Assembly (NCBI GenBank): GCA_049889495.1
Contig: JBMHDH010000027.1
Location: forward strand, 252-64,251
Origin: Candidatus Puniceispirillaceae bacterium
Lineage (GTDB): Bacteria > Pseudomonadota > Alphaproteobacteria > Puniceispirillales > Puniceispirillaceae
Direction: 5' to 3'
DNA: 64,000 bases
The position numbers and the translations under genes were made by a program. Positions within the stretch are counted from its first letter, which is position 1; every line of letters starts with the position of its first letter. Below, one piece after another: positions 20,505-30,612 of the stretch. Below the pieces are notes generated by a model. It ran no database searches. It saw only the letters and a program-made list of their open reading frames with translations, and was not told the origin of the DNA.

Positions 20505-20636
20505 ATGAATACAGATAATTTTGACAAACATGCCAAAGCCAATCTTGCGATTTATGATGATTTCATGAATTTTTCAAAAATCGTGATTGTGGCTGTGATT
20601 GTCACATTGGCTGCCATGGCATTTTTCTTGCTCTAA
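20505..20636 (+). CDS. 43-aa single-pass membrane protein, possibly an aa3-type cytochrome oxidase subunit IV-like protein
   Basis: My translation is MNTDNFDKHAKANLAIYDDFMNFSKIVIVAVIVTLAAMAFFLL. A polar head with His and Y..F is followed by one TM helix, as in the small bacterial CoxIV family. A strong terminator follows. Confidence 0.45.
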   Translation: MNTDNFDKHAKANLAIYDDFMNFSKIVIVAVIVTLAAMAFFLL

Positions 20637-20659
20637 GCACCCATCACATCGTTTTTATG

Positions 20660-20698
20660 AAAAAGGCCGCAGCACCCTAAAGTGCGCGGCCTTTTTTT
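20660..20698. terminator. bidirectional intrinsic terminator between the small ORF and ndk
   Basis: A-run (aaaaa), then the stem GGCCGC(A)GCAC, loop cctaaa, stem GTGCGCGGCC, then a T-run (ttttttt). The stem is 10 bp and GC-rich and is flanked by A and T tracts on both sides. Confidence 0.7.
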
Positions 20699-20727
20699 AC
20701 GATCTTGCCCAATTACCTTATTGGTAA

Positions 20728-21150
20728 TTAGCCAACAATTTCAGCGTCTGTAAAGAAATGTGCGATTTCGATTGCCGCATTTTCAAGGCTGTCTGAGCCA
20801 TGAACTGAGTTTGCTTCGATTGATTCAGCGAATTCTTTACGAATTGTGCCTTCATCAGCGTCTGCGGGATTTGTTGCGCCCATCACACCACGATAAGCGG
20901 CAACAGCGTCATCACCTTCAAGAACCTGCACAACAACAGGGCCTGATGTCATGAATTCAACAAGCTCGCCATAAAATGGGCGTTCTTTGTGAACAGCATA
21001 AAATTCACCAGCTTGTTCGGTTGTCATGTGGATACGCTTTTGTGCGATGATACGAAGACCACTTGCTTCGATTTTAGCGTTAATAGCACCAGTCAGATTG
21101 CGGCGTGTGGCATCTGGCTTAATGATAGAAAATGTACGTTGCTGTGCCAT
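20728..21150 (-). CDS. ndk: nucleoside diphosphate kinase
   Basis: 140-aa ORF with [15 protein letters not shown] and the active-site region NSVHGSDS. Confidence 0.95.
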   Translation of the reverse strand: MAQQRTFSIIKPDATRRNLTGAINAKIEASGLRIIAQKRIHMTTEQAGEFYAVHKERPFYGELVEFMTSGPVVVQVLEGDDAVAAYRGVMGATNPADADEGTIRKEFAESIEANSVHGSDSLENAAIEIAHFFTDAEIVG

Positions 21151-21302
21151 GGGAAAGCTACCTTTACGTTACGGTTAAACTGTATGTCTGGCACTTTTGT
21201 CTTATGGTTGGTTTTGCACCCCTTTTGACAAATCACCAGTGTTTGTGCGCTGTATAATTGGTTTTGAGCGAAGAAGCAATGAAAGATTATAACAGCTGAT
21301 CT

Positions 21303-21767
21303 TCAGGCTTTCTGAACCCAGCTTCCCTCGTCAGATTTCGCGAAATAGCGGCATTTGCCCTCATGCGCGGCAGAATAAGCTTTCCATTGCGATCTAGCCG
21401 TCTGCAACGCGTCTTCATCCTTGCCATTAAAGACAATAAATACGCGTTCAAAGGCCCCCATATCAGGCAAAGAACACCCTGATACGCAAAGTGCAAAATC
21501 AGCATCAATCTGGTTTTGATCTGGCTTTGTGGTAATCCAAACAGAGGCAAATTCAGCCCCATCTTCATCATCAATCCCATGCGCTAGGAAACTGGCATCA
21601 TGCAGCACCCATAACGCACGGGAAATCGCTTGCGCGCCCTCTTCTGGCGCATGGATGATGATTTTTTTACCAACCTCAACACTCTTTTCAGATAGCTGGG
21701 CAACAAGTTCGCTGACCGCATCACCTGCAAATTGGTAAAAATCTATATGGTTTGGTCGGTTTGTCAT
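21303..21767 (-). CDS. holC: DNA polymerase III chi subunit
   Basis: 154-aa ORF (IDFYQF..., ALWVLHDASFLAHG) immediately downstream of pepA, which is the classical pepA-holC pairing. Confidence 0.8.
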   Translation of the reverse strand: MTNRPNHIDFYQFAGDAVSELVAQLSEKSVEVGKKIIIHAPEEGAQAISRALWVLHDASFLAHGIDDEDGAEFASVWITTKPDQNQIDADFALCVSGCSLPDMGAFERVFIVFNGKDEDALQTARSQWKAYSAAHEGKCRYFAKSDEGSWVQKA

Positions 21768-21818
21768 GGATCGCCTATATGCGTTTTTTAAAGATGATCA
21801 CATGCCCTACTGATCTTT

Positions 21819-23261
21819 TCAATGATCGGCCCAATGATCTGCAATATCATTCAGCAATCTGACACCAAAGCCTGTACCACCTGATGGGTGCGCATGACCA
21901 GCGCCATCGGCCCATGCTTTACCTGCAATATCAATATGCGCCCATGCGGTATCATTGGTGATGAAACGTTCTAAGAAACAAGCCGCTGTAATAGAGCCGC
22001 CCCATGGACCACCAATATTTTTCATATCAGCGATATGCGATTTCAGCATCTTTTGATAGGCATCTCCCATTGGCATAGGCCAACAAGTCTCCGCTGTGTT
22101 TTGACCAGAGGCCATAATGGCATCACGCAAACCGTCATTATTACAGAATAGACCAGCATGTTCTTTACCAAGGGCCACCAAAATCGCCCCTGTTAAGGTT
22201 GCCAAATCAATGATCATTTGTGGTTTGAATTCTTGCTGGCAATAGGTCAAACAATCAGCCAACACCAAACGGCCTTCGGCATCTGTGTTAATCACTTCAA
22301 TGGTTTGACCTGACATAGAGGTAACAACATCACCAGGGCGTTGCGCTTCACCATCTGGCATATTTTCCACAAGCCCAATAATGCCAACAATATTGCGCTT
22401 CACCTTGCGGCTTGCAATGGCACACATCGCGCCTGTCACAGCAGAGGCGCCGCCCATATCCCATTTCATATCTTCCATGCCCTTGGCAGGTTTCAACGAA
22501 ATGCCACCTGTATCAAAGCAAACCCCTTTGCCAACAAAGGCAAGCGGGGCTTCATCACCACCGCCATTCCATTTCATCACCACCATTTTTGATTCACGAA
22601 CAGAGCCTTGCCCCACACCCAGCAAAGCCCCCATGCCCAATTTTTGCATATCAGCCTCTGATAGCACCTCAACCTCAAGGCCTAGGACAGATAAAGCTTC
22701 ACAACGTCTGGCAAATTCTTCAGGAAACAGGATATTGGCTGGCTCAGTTGTTAAATCACGTGACATAAACACGCCTTTCAACAAGCCAGCTCTATCACTG
22801 TAATGGCTCTCTAACTCTGGCAATGAAGATCCATCAGTTGCCATGCGAATGATTGCTGGTTCATCTTTTTTGGTGAAATAGGTGTTAAATTCGTAAGATT
22901 GACTGACCGCACCATAAAGGATATCCGCCACCTTTGATGCCGACAGCGTAAAATCTGTAATATTTGCCCGCAATTGATTATGGGTACGCAAGGCTTTGTA
23001 AATGGCTGCTCCTGCTTTTTCGGCATCAAGGCTTGTATCAATCGCCCCGCCAACCCCAACGGCCAAAATCGCCTTACCATCTGCGATATGAAGCGCACTG
23101 GTGCCGCTTTTCCCTGTAAATTGCAAAGCGTCTGCCACTACTCCAAAGGCGGTTGCAGCGGCTTTATCACCTGCATAAGAGGTGCGCTCATCTCCTATCA
23201 AAAGGACAGAGACGGCATCTTTTTCAATGGTTTGAAATTCGACAGACAAATAGGCTGACAT
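21819..23261 (-). CDS. pepA: leucyl aminopeptidase
   Basis: 480-aa ORF with the M17 motifs VGKGVCFDTGGISLKP and NTDAEGRLVLAD. Confidence 0.95.
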   Translation of the reverse strand: MSAYLSVEFQTIEKDAVSVLLIGDERTSYAGDKAAATAFGVVADALQFTGKSGTSALHIADGKAILAVGVGGAIDTSLDAEKAGAAIYKALRTHNQLRANITDFTLSASKVADILYGAVSQSYEFNTYFTKKDEPAIIRMATDGSSLPELESHYSDRAGLLKGVFMSRDLTTEPANILFPEEFARRCEALSVLGLEVEVLSEADMQKLGMGALLGVGQGSVRESKMVVMKWNGGGDEAPLAFVGKGVCFDTGGISLKPAKGMEDMKWDMGGASAVTGAMCAIASRKVKRNIVGIIGLVENMPDGEAQRPGDVVTSMSGQTIEVINTDAEGRLVLADCLTYCQQEFKPQMIIDLATLTGAILVALGKEHAGLFCNNDGLRDAIMASGQNTAETCWPMPMGDAYQKMLKSHIADMKNIGGPWGGSITAACFLERFITNDTAWAHIDIAGKAWADGAGHAHPSGGTGFGVRLLNDIADHWADH

Positions 23262-23484
23262 GAAACAACTCCTGCGTGAAGGATAAATGGCATAAGGTGG
23301 TCTGCCAACACTAGCAGGACACTCGCAACATACAAGGCATTTTAACGCAAACTACTTTGCCATTTACCGTTCGAATATGCTAGATACAAATAACGGTTTT
23401 TACTTATCTTTTAAAAGACAATGTCTAATAAGAGATGGGGCAAAACAGGCAGGTTTCAACAGCAAATATTTTTGGTCGTATCTG

Positions 23485-24588
23485 ATGCGTTTACATCGCT
23501 ATTTATTGACACAATATACAACCACAACGGTGGTGGTTTTAACCAGCCTATTGATGATTGTATGGCTCAATCAAACGCTACAATTGTTGGAATTGGTTGT
23601 GAATAAAGGAGCACCATTATCTAGCTTTTTGATGCTATCTGTTTTGGCATTGCCCTTATGGTTATTGCAAGCCATCCCGATTGCCTTATTTATCGCAATC
23701 ATATGGGTTTTTCAGAAAATTCAATCTGATAGAGAATTGATTGTCATGCAATCTGTTGGCTGGAGCCCACGTCAATTAGCCATTGCCCCTCTTGTTCTTG
23801 GGGGCATTTTCACAGCCTTCTTAATTTTTAATTCGCTGATCCTGCTTCCCATTGGCTTTGGTGAATTTAAAGAACGGCAAATCAACTTGCGCAACGCGAT
23901 CCCCAAGATCTTGTTACAAGATAAGGTATTTGTGGATTTGGCACCTGATTTGACCATCTTCATTAATGAAAGAGTGACAAGCAAAGAAGTAAAGAATGTC
24001 TTTATCCAAGATAAAAGGCAAGCCGATACTGTGACCACATTAACCGCTGAAAAAGGGTTATTCACCCTTGAAGGCGGCCAGCCTATTTTAGTGTTGGAAA
24101 ATGGTGAACGATCTGAATTACGCGATGGCAACAAAGCATCTGCTGTTTTGTTTTTTGAAAAATATAAATTGAATTTTTCACGGAAAATCTTGGAAACAGG
24201 CAGCCGTTTGCCTGATATGAATGAAGACAGCATTACAAATCTGCTTGATCCCACAAAGGCGGTTGCTGAAAAATATGCACGCCAAAGAATGGCTTATGGG
24301 CATTATCGTATCACAGCCCCCTTCCTTGCTTTGACCATGACCTTAATCGCTTTGGCAGGGTTAAATGCGGGGCGCCTGCGTGATGAAAATGGACGTAAAC
24401 GTCTTTGGTTGACCATATCAGCGGCGTTGCTTGTGCAATTGCTTTATGTGTCAGCGCGCTCATTAACCGTATCATTGCCTGCTTTTTGGCCAGCCCAATA
24501 TATCAGCTTGCTGATCCCATCTGCGATGGCATTGGCTTTATTGTTTGAACCGCAACGCTTTGTCAAAACGGGGATGGTGCGATCATGA
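23485..24588 (+). CDS. lptF: LPS export ABC permease LptF
   Basis: YjgP/YjgQ-type permease ORF divergent from pepA. I chose ATG 23485 (MRLHRYLLTQY...) over the ORF-track start at 23377. Confidence 0.85.
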   Translation: MRLHRYLLTQYTTTTVVVLTSLLMIVWLNQTLQLLELVVNKGAPLSSFLMLSVLALPLWLLQAIPIALFIAIIWVFQKIQSDRELIVMQSVGWSPRQLAIAPLVLGGIFTAFLIFNSLILLPIGFGEFKERQINLRNAIPKILLQDKVFVDLAPDLTIFINERVTSKEVKNVFIQDKRQADTVTTLTAEKGLFTLEGGQPILVLENGERSELRDGNKASAVLFFEKYKLNFSRKILETGSRLPDMNEDSITNLLDPTKAVAEKYARQRMAYGHYRITAPFLALTMTLIALAGLNAGRLRDENGRKRLWLTISAALLVQLLYVSARSLTVSLPAFWPAQYISLLIPSAMALALLFEPQRFVKTGMVRS

Positions 24589-25691
24589 GATATGCCCCTC
24601 CTTTGTTATTAAGCTTATATCTCGCGCGGCGCTATCTATTTTGGATTTTGCTGACCATGGGCGCCTTATTATCATTCATCACATTGATTGATGCCGTCGA
24701 ATATTATCGCCGCCTCAGCAATATTGATGCCAATAGCTCCACAGGGCTTGTTATCTGGTTTTTATTAACAGGCTTGCCTGAAAAGATTGATTTATTAATG
24801 CCATTTGGGGTGTTGTTTGGGTCCATCTTATGTTTTCAAAATTGGTCCAAAACCAATGAATTAATGGTGGCACGCGCCTTTGGCCAGAATATCTGGCAAG
24901 CCTTACTGCCTGTCTTTTTGACAGTTCTTTTGGTGGGTTTGTTGCAAATCGCAGTGTTAAACCCGATTAAATCTGTGACCTTGGCCGCACAGAATGAGAT
25001 GAAAGCTGAAACGTTTGGCACGCAAGAAACAGGACAGGTTTCAATTTCAGCATCTGGTGTCTGGCTGAAAGATGCCAGCAATGCACAACCTCTGATTATC
25101 CATGGGCCAAGTTTGCAAATTGAAAGCTATACCATCAATAAACCGATTATCTATATGCTTGGTGATGCAGGACAGGTCTTGCAACGCACCCAAGCTGATA
25201 GGATGACATTGACAGATCAAGGCTGGACCCTATCGCAAGCGAGCCAAAGTGACAGCTTTGGGGAAACCACATTCCTTGGTGATATCGTCATTGCCACCAA
25301 AATCACACCTGTTGATTTTATCAGAACCACCCAAAGGCCAGATACCATTTCCATTTATTCGCTTCCGAATTTCATTGAAATACTTGATCAGACAGGCCTG
25401 CCATCTGGCGAACATAAAGTGTATTTCCAACAACAGCTCGCCATCCCCTTTTATCTAACAGGCCTCTCTATGCTAGCCGCTTGCTTTACACTGCTTCATT
25501 TCTCGCGCCGTCCCCGTTACCAAATTGTTGCCATGGGGCTTGGTTTTGGCTTTGCCGCTTATTTCATTGTTGATCTCATTTATTTGCTTGGCGCAAATGC
25601 CAGATTACCTGTTTCAATCGCAGGATGGGGGCCAGCCTTGACCTTATGCCTTGTCACTGGCTATCTTTTGGCACGCTCAGAGGATAGATAA
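24585..25691 (+). CDS. lptG: LPS export ABC permease LptG
   Basis: 368-aa paralogous YjgP/YjgQ permease. Its start overlaps the lptF stop (ATGA). Confidence 0.85.
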   Translation: MRYAPPLLLSLYLARRYLFWILLTMGALLSFITLIDAVEYYRRLSNIDANSSTGLVIWFLLTGLPEKIDLLMPFGVLFGSILCFQNWSKTNELMVARAFGQNIWQALLPVFLTVLLVGLLQIAVLNPIKSVTLAAQNEMKAETFGTQETGQVSISASGVWLKDASNAQPLIIHGPSLQIESYTINKPIIYMLGDAGQVLQRTQADRMTLTDQGWTLSQASQSDSFGETTFLGDIVIATKITPVDFIRTTQRPDTISIYSLPNFIEILDQTGLPSGEHKVYFQQQLAIPFYLTGLSMLAACFTLLHFSRRPRYQIVAMGLGFGFAAYFIVDLIYLLGANARLPVSIAGWGPALTLCLVTGYLLARSEDR

Positions 25692-25785
25692 GCTTGTTCA
25701 AACGCAACCAAAATGCGAAAAGAAACGAACCATGATTATGATTGCCAAGATCATCTCTCACAATCTCATCTTTAAAGGGTTTTCA

Positions 25786-27048
25786 ATGTTGAAAAACATC
25801 CTGTCCTTATTCTGTATCCTTATGGCTTTTGCGATGGGCCCCATTTCAACAAGCCATGCCCAAACGGTCAAAGTGGTGGCTGTGGTCGATGGCCAAGTCA
25901 TCACCAGCTTTGATCTGGAAAACAGGCTGAAATTTTTGCTTGCGGCAACAGGCTTGGTTGAAACAGATGATAACGCTGATCAATTGCGTCAAGATGTGTT
26001 GCAAATGCTGATTGATGATAAGCTGAAGATGGCAGAAGCAGATAAATTGTCACCAGGCTTAACACAAGCGGCAAGAACCCAAGCGCGTGAATATGTCAAT
26101 GACAGCTATAAAACAGACAGCCTCACCGCTGGCCAAAATATCAAGCAATTGGGACTGAACCGCCAAATTATCGAAGATAAATTTGCATCTGATTTAACAT
26201 GGAGCACCTTGCTTCGTGAACGCTATAAAACGCAGTTTGAAAATACTGATAAGCTTGCCGAACAAGCCCTAGCACGCTTTGAGAGAGATATCAGCCAGCC
26301 GCAGGTTAAATTATCTGAAATTGTGCTTGCACCTGCGCCAGACAGATCAACAAACGTCAATCTTGATATCGCATCACAGATGATCGATGCCATTCGCCAA
26401 GGGGCTGATTTTGCGGCCATTGCCAAACAATATTCTGCCGCAGGTTCAGCATCCAATGGCGGCAAGCTTGGCTGGTTAACCGTCAAATCATTACCAGACG
26501 CCTTTAAAGAGCCTGTCGAAACGGCTGCATCAGGCAGCATTTTGGACCCCTTAGTGATTGATGGGATTGTCTATATTCTGCGTAAAGAAGGTGTCAGAGC
26601 CCAAGGTTTGATCGATCCATCACAGATGAAACTTACCATTGCACGCGCGCTATTGCCGCTTGCCGCAGATGTGAGCAATGCCGATCAGCTGATTGCGGCA
26701 GGGGAATTGCAAAAGCAAAGCGAGACAATCACATCTTGCGCAGAAATGGATGCGTTAAATCAAAAATTAGGATCAGGGCAACCAAGCTTTTTGCGTGATC
26801 TTGAATTGGGGAGCATCACGCCAAATCTGCGGCAAATCATCGAAAAGCTTGATGTGAATGAACCATCTGAGCCACTTAATTTTGCCGAAGGTATGGTCAC
26901 ATTTATGATTTGTGAACGCACCATGCCAGAAATTGATATGCCAGATCTAAAAGAGTTAGAAGCACAAGAATTAAATAAAATCTTTGCTATTTTATCGAAC
27001 CGCTATTTGCTACGCCTCAGACGATCTGCCACAATTGAAAAACGTTGA
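25786..27048 (+). CDS. surA: SurA-like periplasmic chaperone / parvulin PPIase
   Basis: Signal peptide MLKNILSLFCILMAFAMGPISTSHA from ATG 25786, plus a parvulin block ADFAAIAKQYSAAGSASNGGKLGWL. It lies upstream of pdxA-rsmA, as in the E. coli surA-pdxA-rsmA arrangement. Confidence 0.75.
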   Translation: MLKNILSLFCILMAFAMGPISTSHAQTVKVVAVVDGQVITSFDLENRLKFLLAATGLVETDDNADQLRQDVLQMLIDDKLKMAEADKLSPGLTQAARTQAREYVNDSYKTDSLTAGQNIKQLGLNRQIIEDKFASDLTWSTLLRERYKTQFENTDKLAEQALARFERDISQPQVKLSEIVLAPAPDRSTNVNLDIASQMIDAIRQGADFAAIAKQYSAAGSASNGGKLGWLTVKSLPDAFKEPVETAASGSILDPLVIDGIVYILRKEGVRAQGLIDPSQMKLTIARALLPLAADVSNADQLIAAGELQKQSETITSCAEMDALNQKLGSGQPSFLRDLELGSITPNLRQIIEKLDVNEPSEPLNFAEGMVTFMICERTMPEIDMPDLKELEAQELNKIFAILSNRYLLRLRRSATIEKR

Positions 27049-27072
27049 TTCGTCTGCGTTATTCACCATTTT

Positions 27073-28098
27073 TTGGATAAAGCTATTGTGCGACCTTTAT
27101 TGATAACACCTGGCGACCCTGCTGGCATTGGCCCCGAAATCGCATTAAAAGCGCTGGCACGCCACGATGATTTGCGCGCAAAGACTGTCTTAATGGGCGA
27201 TCAAGACCACTTACAAGATATCGCAGATCATTTGGGGATATCGGTCTCTTTTGCTTTGTGGAAGCCGTCATATGCCTGTCAGGCAGGGGCAATCAATTTA
27301 TATCCAATTGACTGGGCCGAAACTGTGGTGGCTGGCCAGCCAGACAGCGCAAACAGCCCGCAAGTCATTGATGCGATTAAACAGGCTGTTACGCTAACCC
27401 AAAAAGGACATGCCGCTGGCATTGTGACCTGCCCCATTGCCAAATCTGTCCTTTATGACGTTGGTTTTGCCTATCCAGGTCATACAGAATATCTGGAAAG
27501 CCTGTCATCATCAGGCAGATCGATTATGATGTTGGCAAATGACCAATTAAAAGTCATTCCTGCCACCATCCATATACCACTTCACGATGTGCCGAAATCC
27601 TTATCAACGGACGCGCTTTATAGCTTAATTATCCAAACAGCCCGTGCGCTAACATCACAATTTGGCATCACCACGCCCAGAATTGCCTTATGCGGGCTGA
27701 ATCCTCATGCAGGGGAAAATGGCGCAATGGGACGTGAGGAGATGACAATCGTGAGCCCTGCAATCAAACAAGCGCAAGACGCACTTGGCACAGATGCCAG
27801 CATCTCTGGCCCACATGCCGCTGATAGCCTGTTCCACCCTGAAAAGCGATCTGCCTTTGATTGTGTGATTGGCATGTATCACGATCAGGTCTTGATCCCA
27901 GTCAAAACGATTGATTTTCATGGCAGTGTGAATGTGACTTTGGGCCTCGATTTCATTCGAACCTCACCAGATCACGGCACTGCCTTTGACATTGCTGGCA
28001 AAAATCTTGCAAAAGAAGACAGCCTGATAAACGCCATCAAAATGGCAGATCAAATGGCACAAAACAGCGAAATAGTATCGAAAGAGCCACGCTCATGA
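27073..28098 (+). CDS. pdxA: 4-hydroxythreonine-4-phosphate dehydrogenase
   Basis: 341-aa ORF with ITPGDPAGIGPEI, PGHTEYL and NPHAGENG. The start is TTG 27073 or the nearby GTG. Confidence 0.9.
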   Translation: MDKAIVRPLLITPGDPAGIGPEIALKALARHDDLRAKTVLMGDQDHLQDIADHLGISVSFALWKPSYACQAGAINLYPIDWAETVVAGQPDSANSPQVIDAIKQAVTLTQKGHAAGIVTCPIAKSVLYDVGFAYPGHTEYLESLSSSGRSIMMLANDQLKVIPATIHIPLHDVPKSLSTDALYSLIIQTARALTSQFGITTPRIALCGLNPHAGENGAMGREEMTIVSPAIKQAQDALGTDASISGPHAADSLFHPEKRSAFDCVIGMYHDQVLIPVKTIDFHGSVNVTLGLDFIRTSPDHGTAFDIAGKNLAKEDSLINAIKMADQMAQNSEIVSKEPRS

Positions 28099-28931
28099 GC
28101 ATCAAAGATGCGGTCAATGCCCTGCCCCCGCTTAGCCAGCTTGTCAATGACAGCCAACTTTATGCCAAAAAATCACTTGGCCAGAATTTTTTATTTGATC
28201 TCAATCTAACAGCGAAAATCGCCTCTTATGCAGGGCAAAAAGTGAAAACCATTATTGAAGTTGGCCCTGGTCCAGGGGGACTGACACGCTCGTTATTAAC
28301 ACAAACAGACGCGGCGATCATGGCTGTTGAAAAAGACAGGCGCGCTATTGGCTTTCTTGATCATTTGGTGGCCGCTTCTGATGGCAGATTACATGTGGAA
28401 GAAGCCGACGCCATGAAAGCCTCTTTATGGGAGTATGGCGAAGCCCCACGCGCCATTATTGCCAATTTGCCCTATAATATTGCGACCCCCTTATTGATGG
28501 GCTGGCTTGACCATGCTGATGCTTTTTCATCTCTTATTTTGATGTTTCAAAAAGAAGTCGGACACCGCATATGTGCAGAACCGTCAACTTCTGCTTATGG
28601 GCGACTTTCGATTATGTGCCAATGGCTGGCAGAGACAGAATTATTATTTGATATCCCGCCACAAGCCTTTGTGCCACCGCCAAAGATCACCTCTTCAGTG
28701 GTACGGCTGATACCACGCAAAACACCTCTTTATCCTTGTGATAAAAACACATTGGAACAGGTCACAGCCAAAGCCTTTTCTCAAAGGCGAAAAATGTTAC
28801 GTGCCAGCTTTAAATCATTGGGCGGCGCAGCGATGCTAGAAGATGTTGGTATTGATCCTGCAACAAGGCCACAAGATTTGCCGTTAGAACAATTTTGCGC
28901 GCTTGCCCGTCATCTAGAGGGACGGATATAA
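28095..28931 (+). CDS. rsmA: 16S rRNA (adenine1518/1519-N6) dimethyltransferase
   Basis: 278-aa ORF with KSLGQNFLFD, EVGPGPGGLT and ANLPYNI. It overlaps the pdxA stop. Confidence 0.9.
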   Translation: MSIKDAVNALPPLSQLVNDSQLYAKKSLGQNFLFDLNLTAKIASYAGQKVKTIIEVGPGPGGLTRSLLTQTDAAIMAVEKDRRAIGFLDHLVAASDGRLHVEEADAMKASLWEYGEAPRAIIANLPYNIATPLLMGWLDHADAFSSLILMFQKEVGHRICAEPSTSAYGRLSIMCQWLAETELLFDIPPQAFVPPPKITSSVVRLIPRKTPLYPCDKNTLEQVTAKAFSQRRKMLRASFKSLGGAAMLEDVGIDPATRPQDLPLEQFCALARHLEGRI

Positions 28932-28950
28932 CCGCTAGCTGGGATCGCCC

Positions 28951-29589
28951 TTACGCCTTTTCGCGAAGGCCTTTTACAAATTCAGACAGGCCAATTTGCC
29001 TTGTTCTTTTAAGGCGTTCTGCATGTAAGATTTTACGCACAGCCTCAACGGATTGCGCCAAATCATGATTGACAATAATGTAATCATATTCGGGATAATG
29101 TGACATCTCATCAGCGGCTTTTGCCATACGATTTGCCACCACATCTGCGGTATCTTGCGCACGGCTCAGCAAACGTTTTTCCAATTCCGCTATGGAAGGC
29201 GGCAAAATAAAGATTTTGACCAAATCTTCTGGCATTAACTCAGCTAATTGTTGTGTGCCCTGCCAATCAATATCAAATAACACATCATGACCTGTTTTCA
29301 GACGATCTTCGACAAGGGCGCGTGGTGTACCATAATAATTATCAAATACTTTGGCATATTCTAAAAATTCGCCCTTATTAATGCCAATTTGAAAGCTGGT
29401 CACATCTGTAAAATGATAATCCTTGCCGTCAATTTCACCAGGCCGTCTTTGTCTTGTGGTGGCTGATACCGACATGGTCAAATCATCTTCTTGAGACAAT
29501 AGATGACGTGAAATGCTTGACTTTCCTGCCCCTGACGGAGATGACAAAACAAGCATTAGGCCCCGACGCTGTATCAATTCACCAGACAT
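28951..29589 (-). CDS. gmk: guanylate kinase
   Basis: 212-aa ORF with the P-loop SSPSGAGKSS and Gmk-like blocks (YHFTD, IDWQG). Confidence 0.95.
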   Translation of the reverse strand: MSGELIQRRGLMLVLSSPSGAGKSSISRHLLSQEDDLTMSVSATTRQRRPGEIDGKDYHFTDVTSFQIGINKGEFLEYAKVFDNYYGTPRALVEDRLKTGHDVLFDIDWQGTQQLAELMPEDLVKIFILPPSIAELEKRLLSRAQDTADVVANRMAKAADEMSHYPEYDYIIVNHDLAQSVEAVRKILHAERLKRTRQIGLSEFVKGLREKA

Positions 29590-30612
29590 TTAATGATCCT
29601 CTGACGGTTTATTGGCTCTTTGTTTAACAAGACGACGATAAGCTTTCACATTTCGATTATGTTCGTCCAGCGTTTTTGCAAAATTATGACCGCCACGGCC
29701 ATCAGCCACAAAATAAAAATAAGTGGATGGCAAAGGATTTAACGCGGCGTGAATGGCTTTACGCCCAGGATTGGCAATCGCGGTTTGTGGCAAGCCAGAG
29801 CGTCTGTAACTGTTCCATGGGCCATCTTTTTTCAAATCAGATTTGCGAATCTCTCTGGCCGCCCCTTCCTCGATGATAATACCATATAAAACCGATGCAT
29901 CTGATTGCAAACGCATATTAGTAGTAAGGCGATTGATAAATACCGACGCAATTAACGGCTGTTCTCGCACAAGCCCTGATTCTTTTTCGATAACAGATGC
30001 CATAATTAACGCATCCTGCGCGGTTTCATAAGGCAAGCCATCTCTGCGATTGGCCCATTCTTCTGCTAAGATCATCTCTTGTCTTTGTTGCATACGCAAA
30101 AGCAAATCAGCGCGGTTGGTATCACGCACAAAGAAATAGGTATCTGGTGCCAATGACCCTTCTTCAGGATATGTCACAATCGCGCCAGATAATCTGTCAT
30201 CTGATGTTAAGGTGCGTACCACCTCATCTGTGCGCATCCCTTCGGTAATCAAAATGCGGTGCTGGTACGGGGTGCCTGTGTCAATGATCCGAAACAGATC
30301 TTGATAGCTGGCACGTGCAGGAATTAAAAACTCACCAGCTTTCGGCGCAAAACTCGCCCCTTCCACCAAGGAATAACCAAAGCGCAAAATCGGGTAAAGC
30401 CATCCATCTGCCAGATAATTTTCACGGTGTAATTGGTTGGCTAATTGGCCATGATTGGTACCTGGCAAAATATATAACAGGCTATCTTCATTTTGCGGAC
30501 CAGCCGCTTCCCAAATATGCGAAAACCACAACCAGCCAGCCGACATAACTACCAGCATGGTCATGGTTAAAAAGATAAATAGCCGCCTAAATAGGGTGAA
30601 TAAGCCCCGCAT
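29590..30612 (-). CDS. mltG: endolytic murein transglycosylase MltG (YceG family)
   Basis: 340-aa ORF with an N-terminal TM segment and a YceG-like body (ASVIEKE..., SDASVLYG). It lies between fabF and gmk with abutting or overlapping stop and start codons. Confidence 0.85.
   Translation of the reverse strand: MRGLFTLFRRLFIFLTMTMLVVMSAGWLWFSHIWEAAGPQNEDSLLYILPGTNHGQLANQLHRENYLADGWLYPILRFGYSLVEGASFAPKAGEFLIPARASYQDLFRIIDTGTPYQHRILITEGMRTDEVVRTLTSDDRLSGAIVTYPEEGSLAPDTYFFVRDTNRADLLLRMQQRQEMILAEEWANRRDGLPYETAQDALIMASVIEKESGLVREQPLIASVFINRLTTNMRLQSDASVLYGIIIEEGAAREIRKSDLKKDGPWNSYRRSGLPQTAIANPGRKAIHAALNPLPSTYFYFVADGRGGHNFAKTLDEHNRNVKAYRRLVKQRANKPSEDH

Noticed and set aside
23369-23376. GTTCGAAT, reminiscent of a tRNA T-arm, in the pepA-lptF spacer
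   Set aside because: The flanks show no complementary T-stem, no acceptor stem and no D-arm, so it is not a tRNA. I found no tRNA, rRNA, tmRNA or RNase P-like sequence anywhere in the window.
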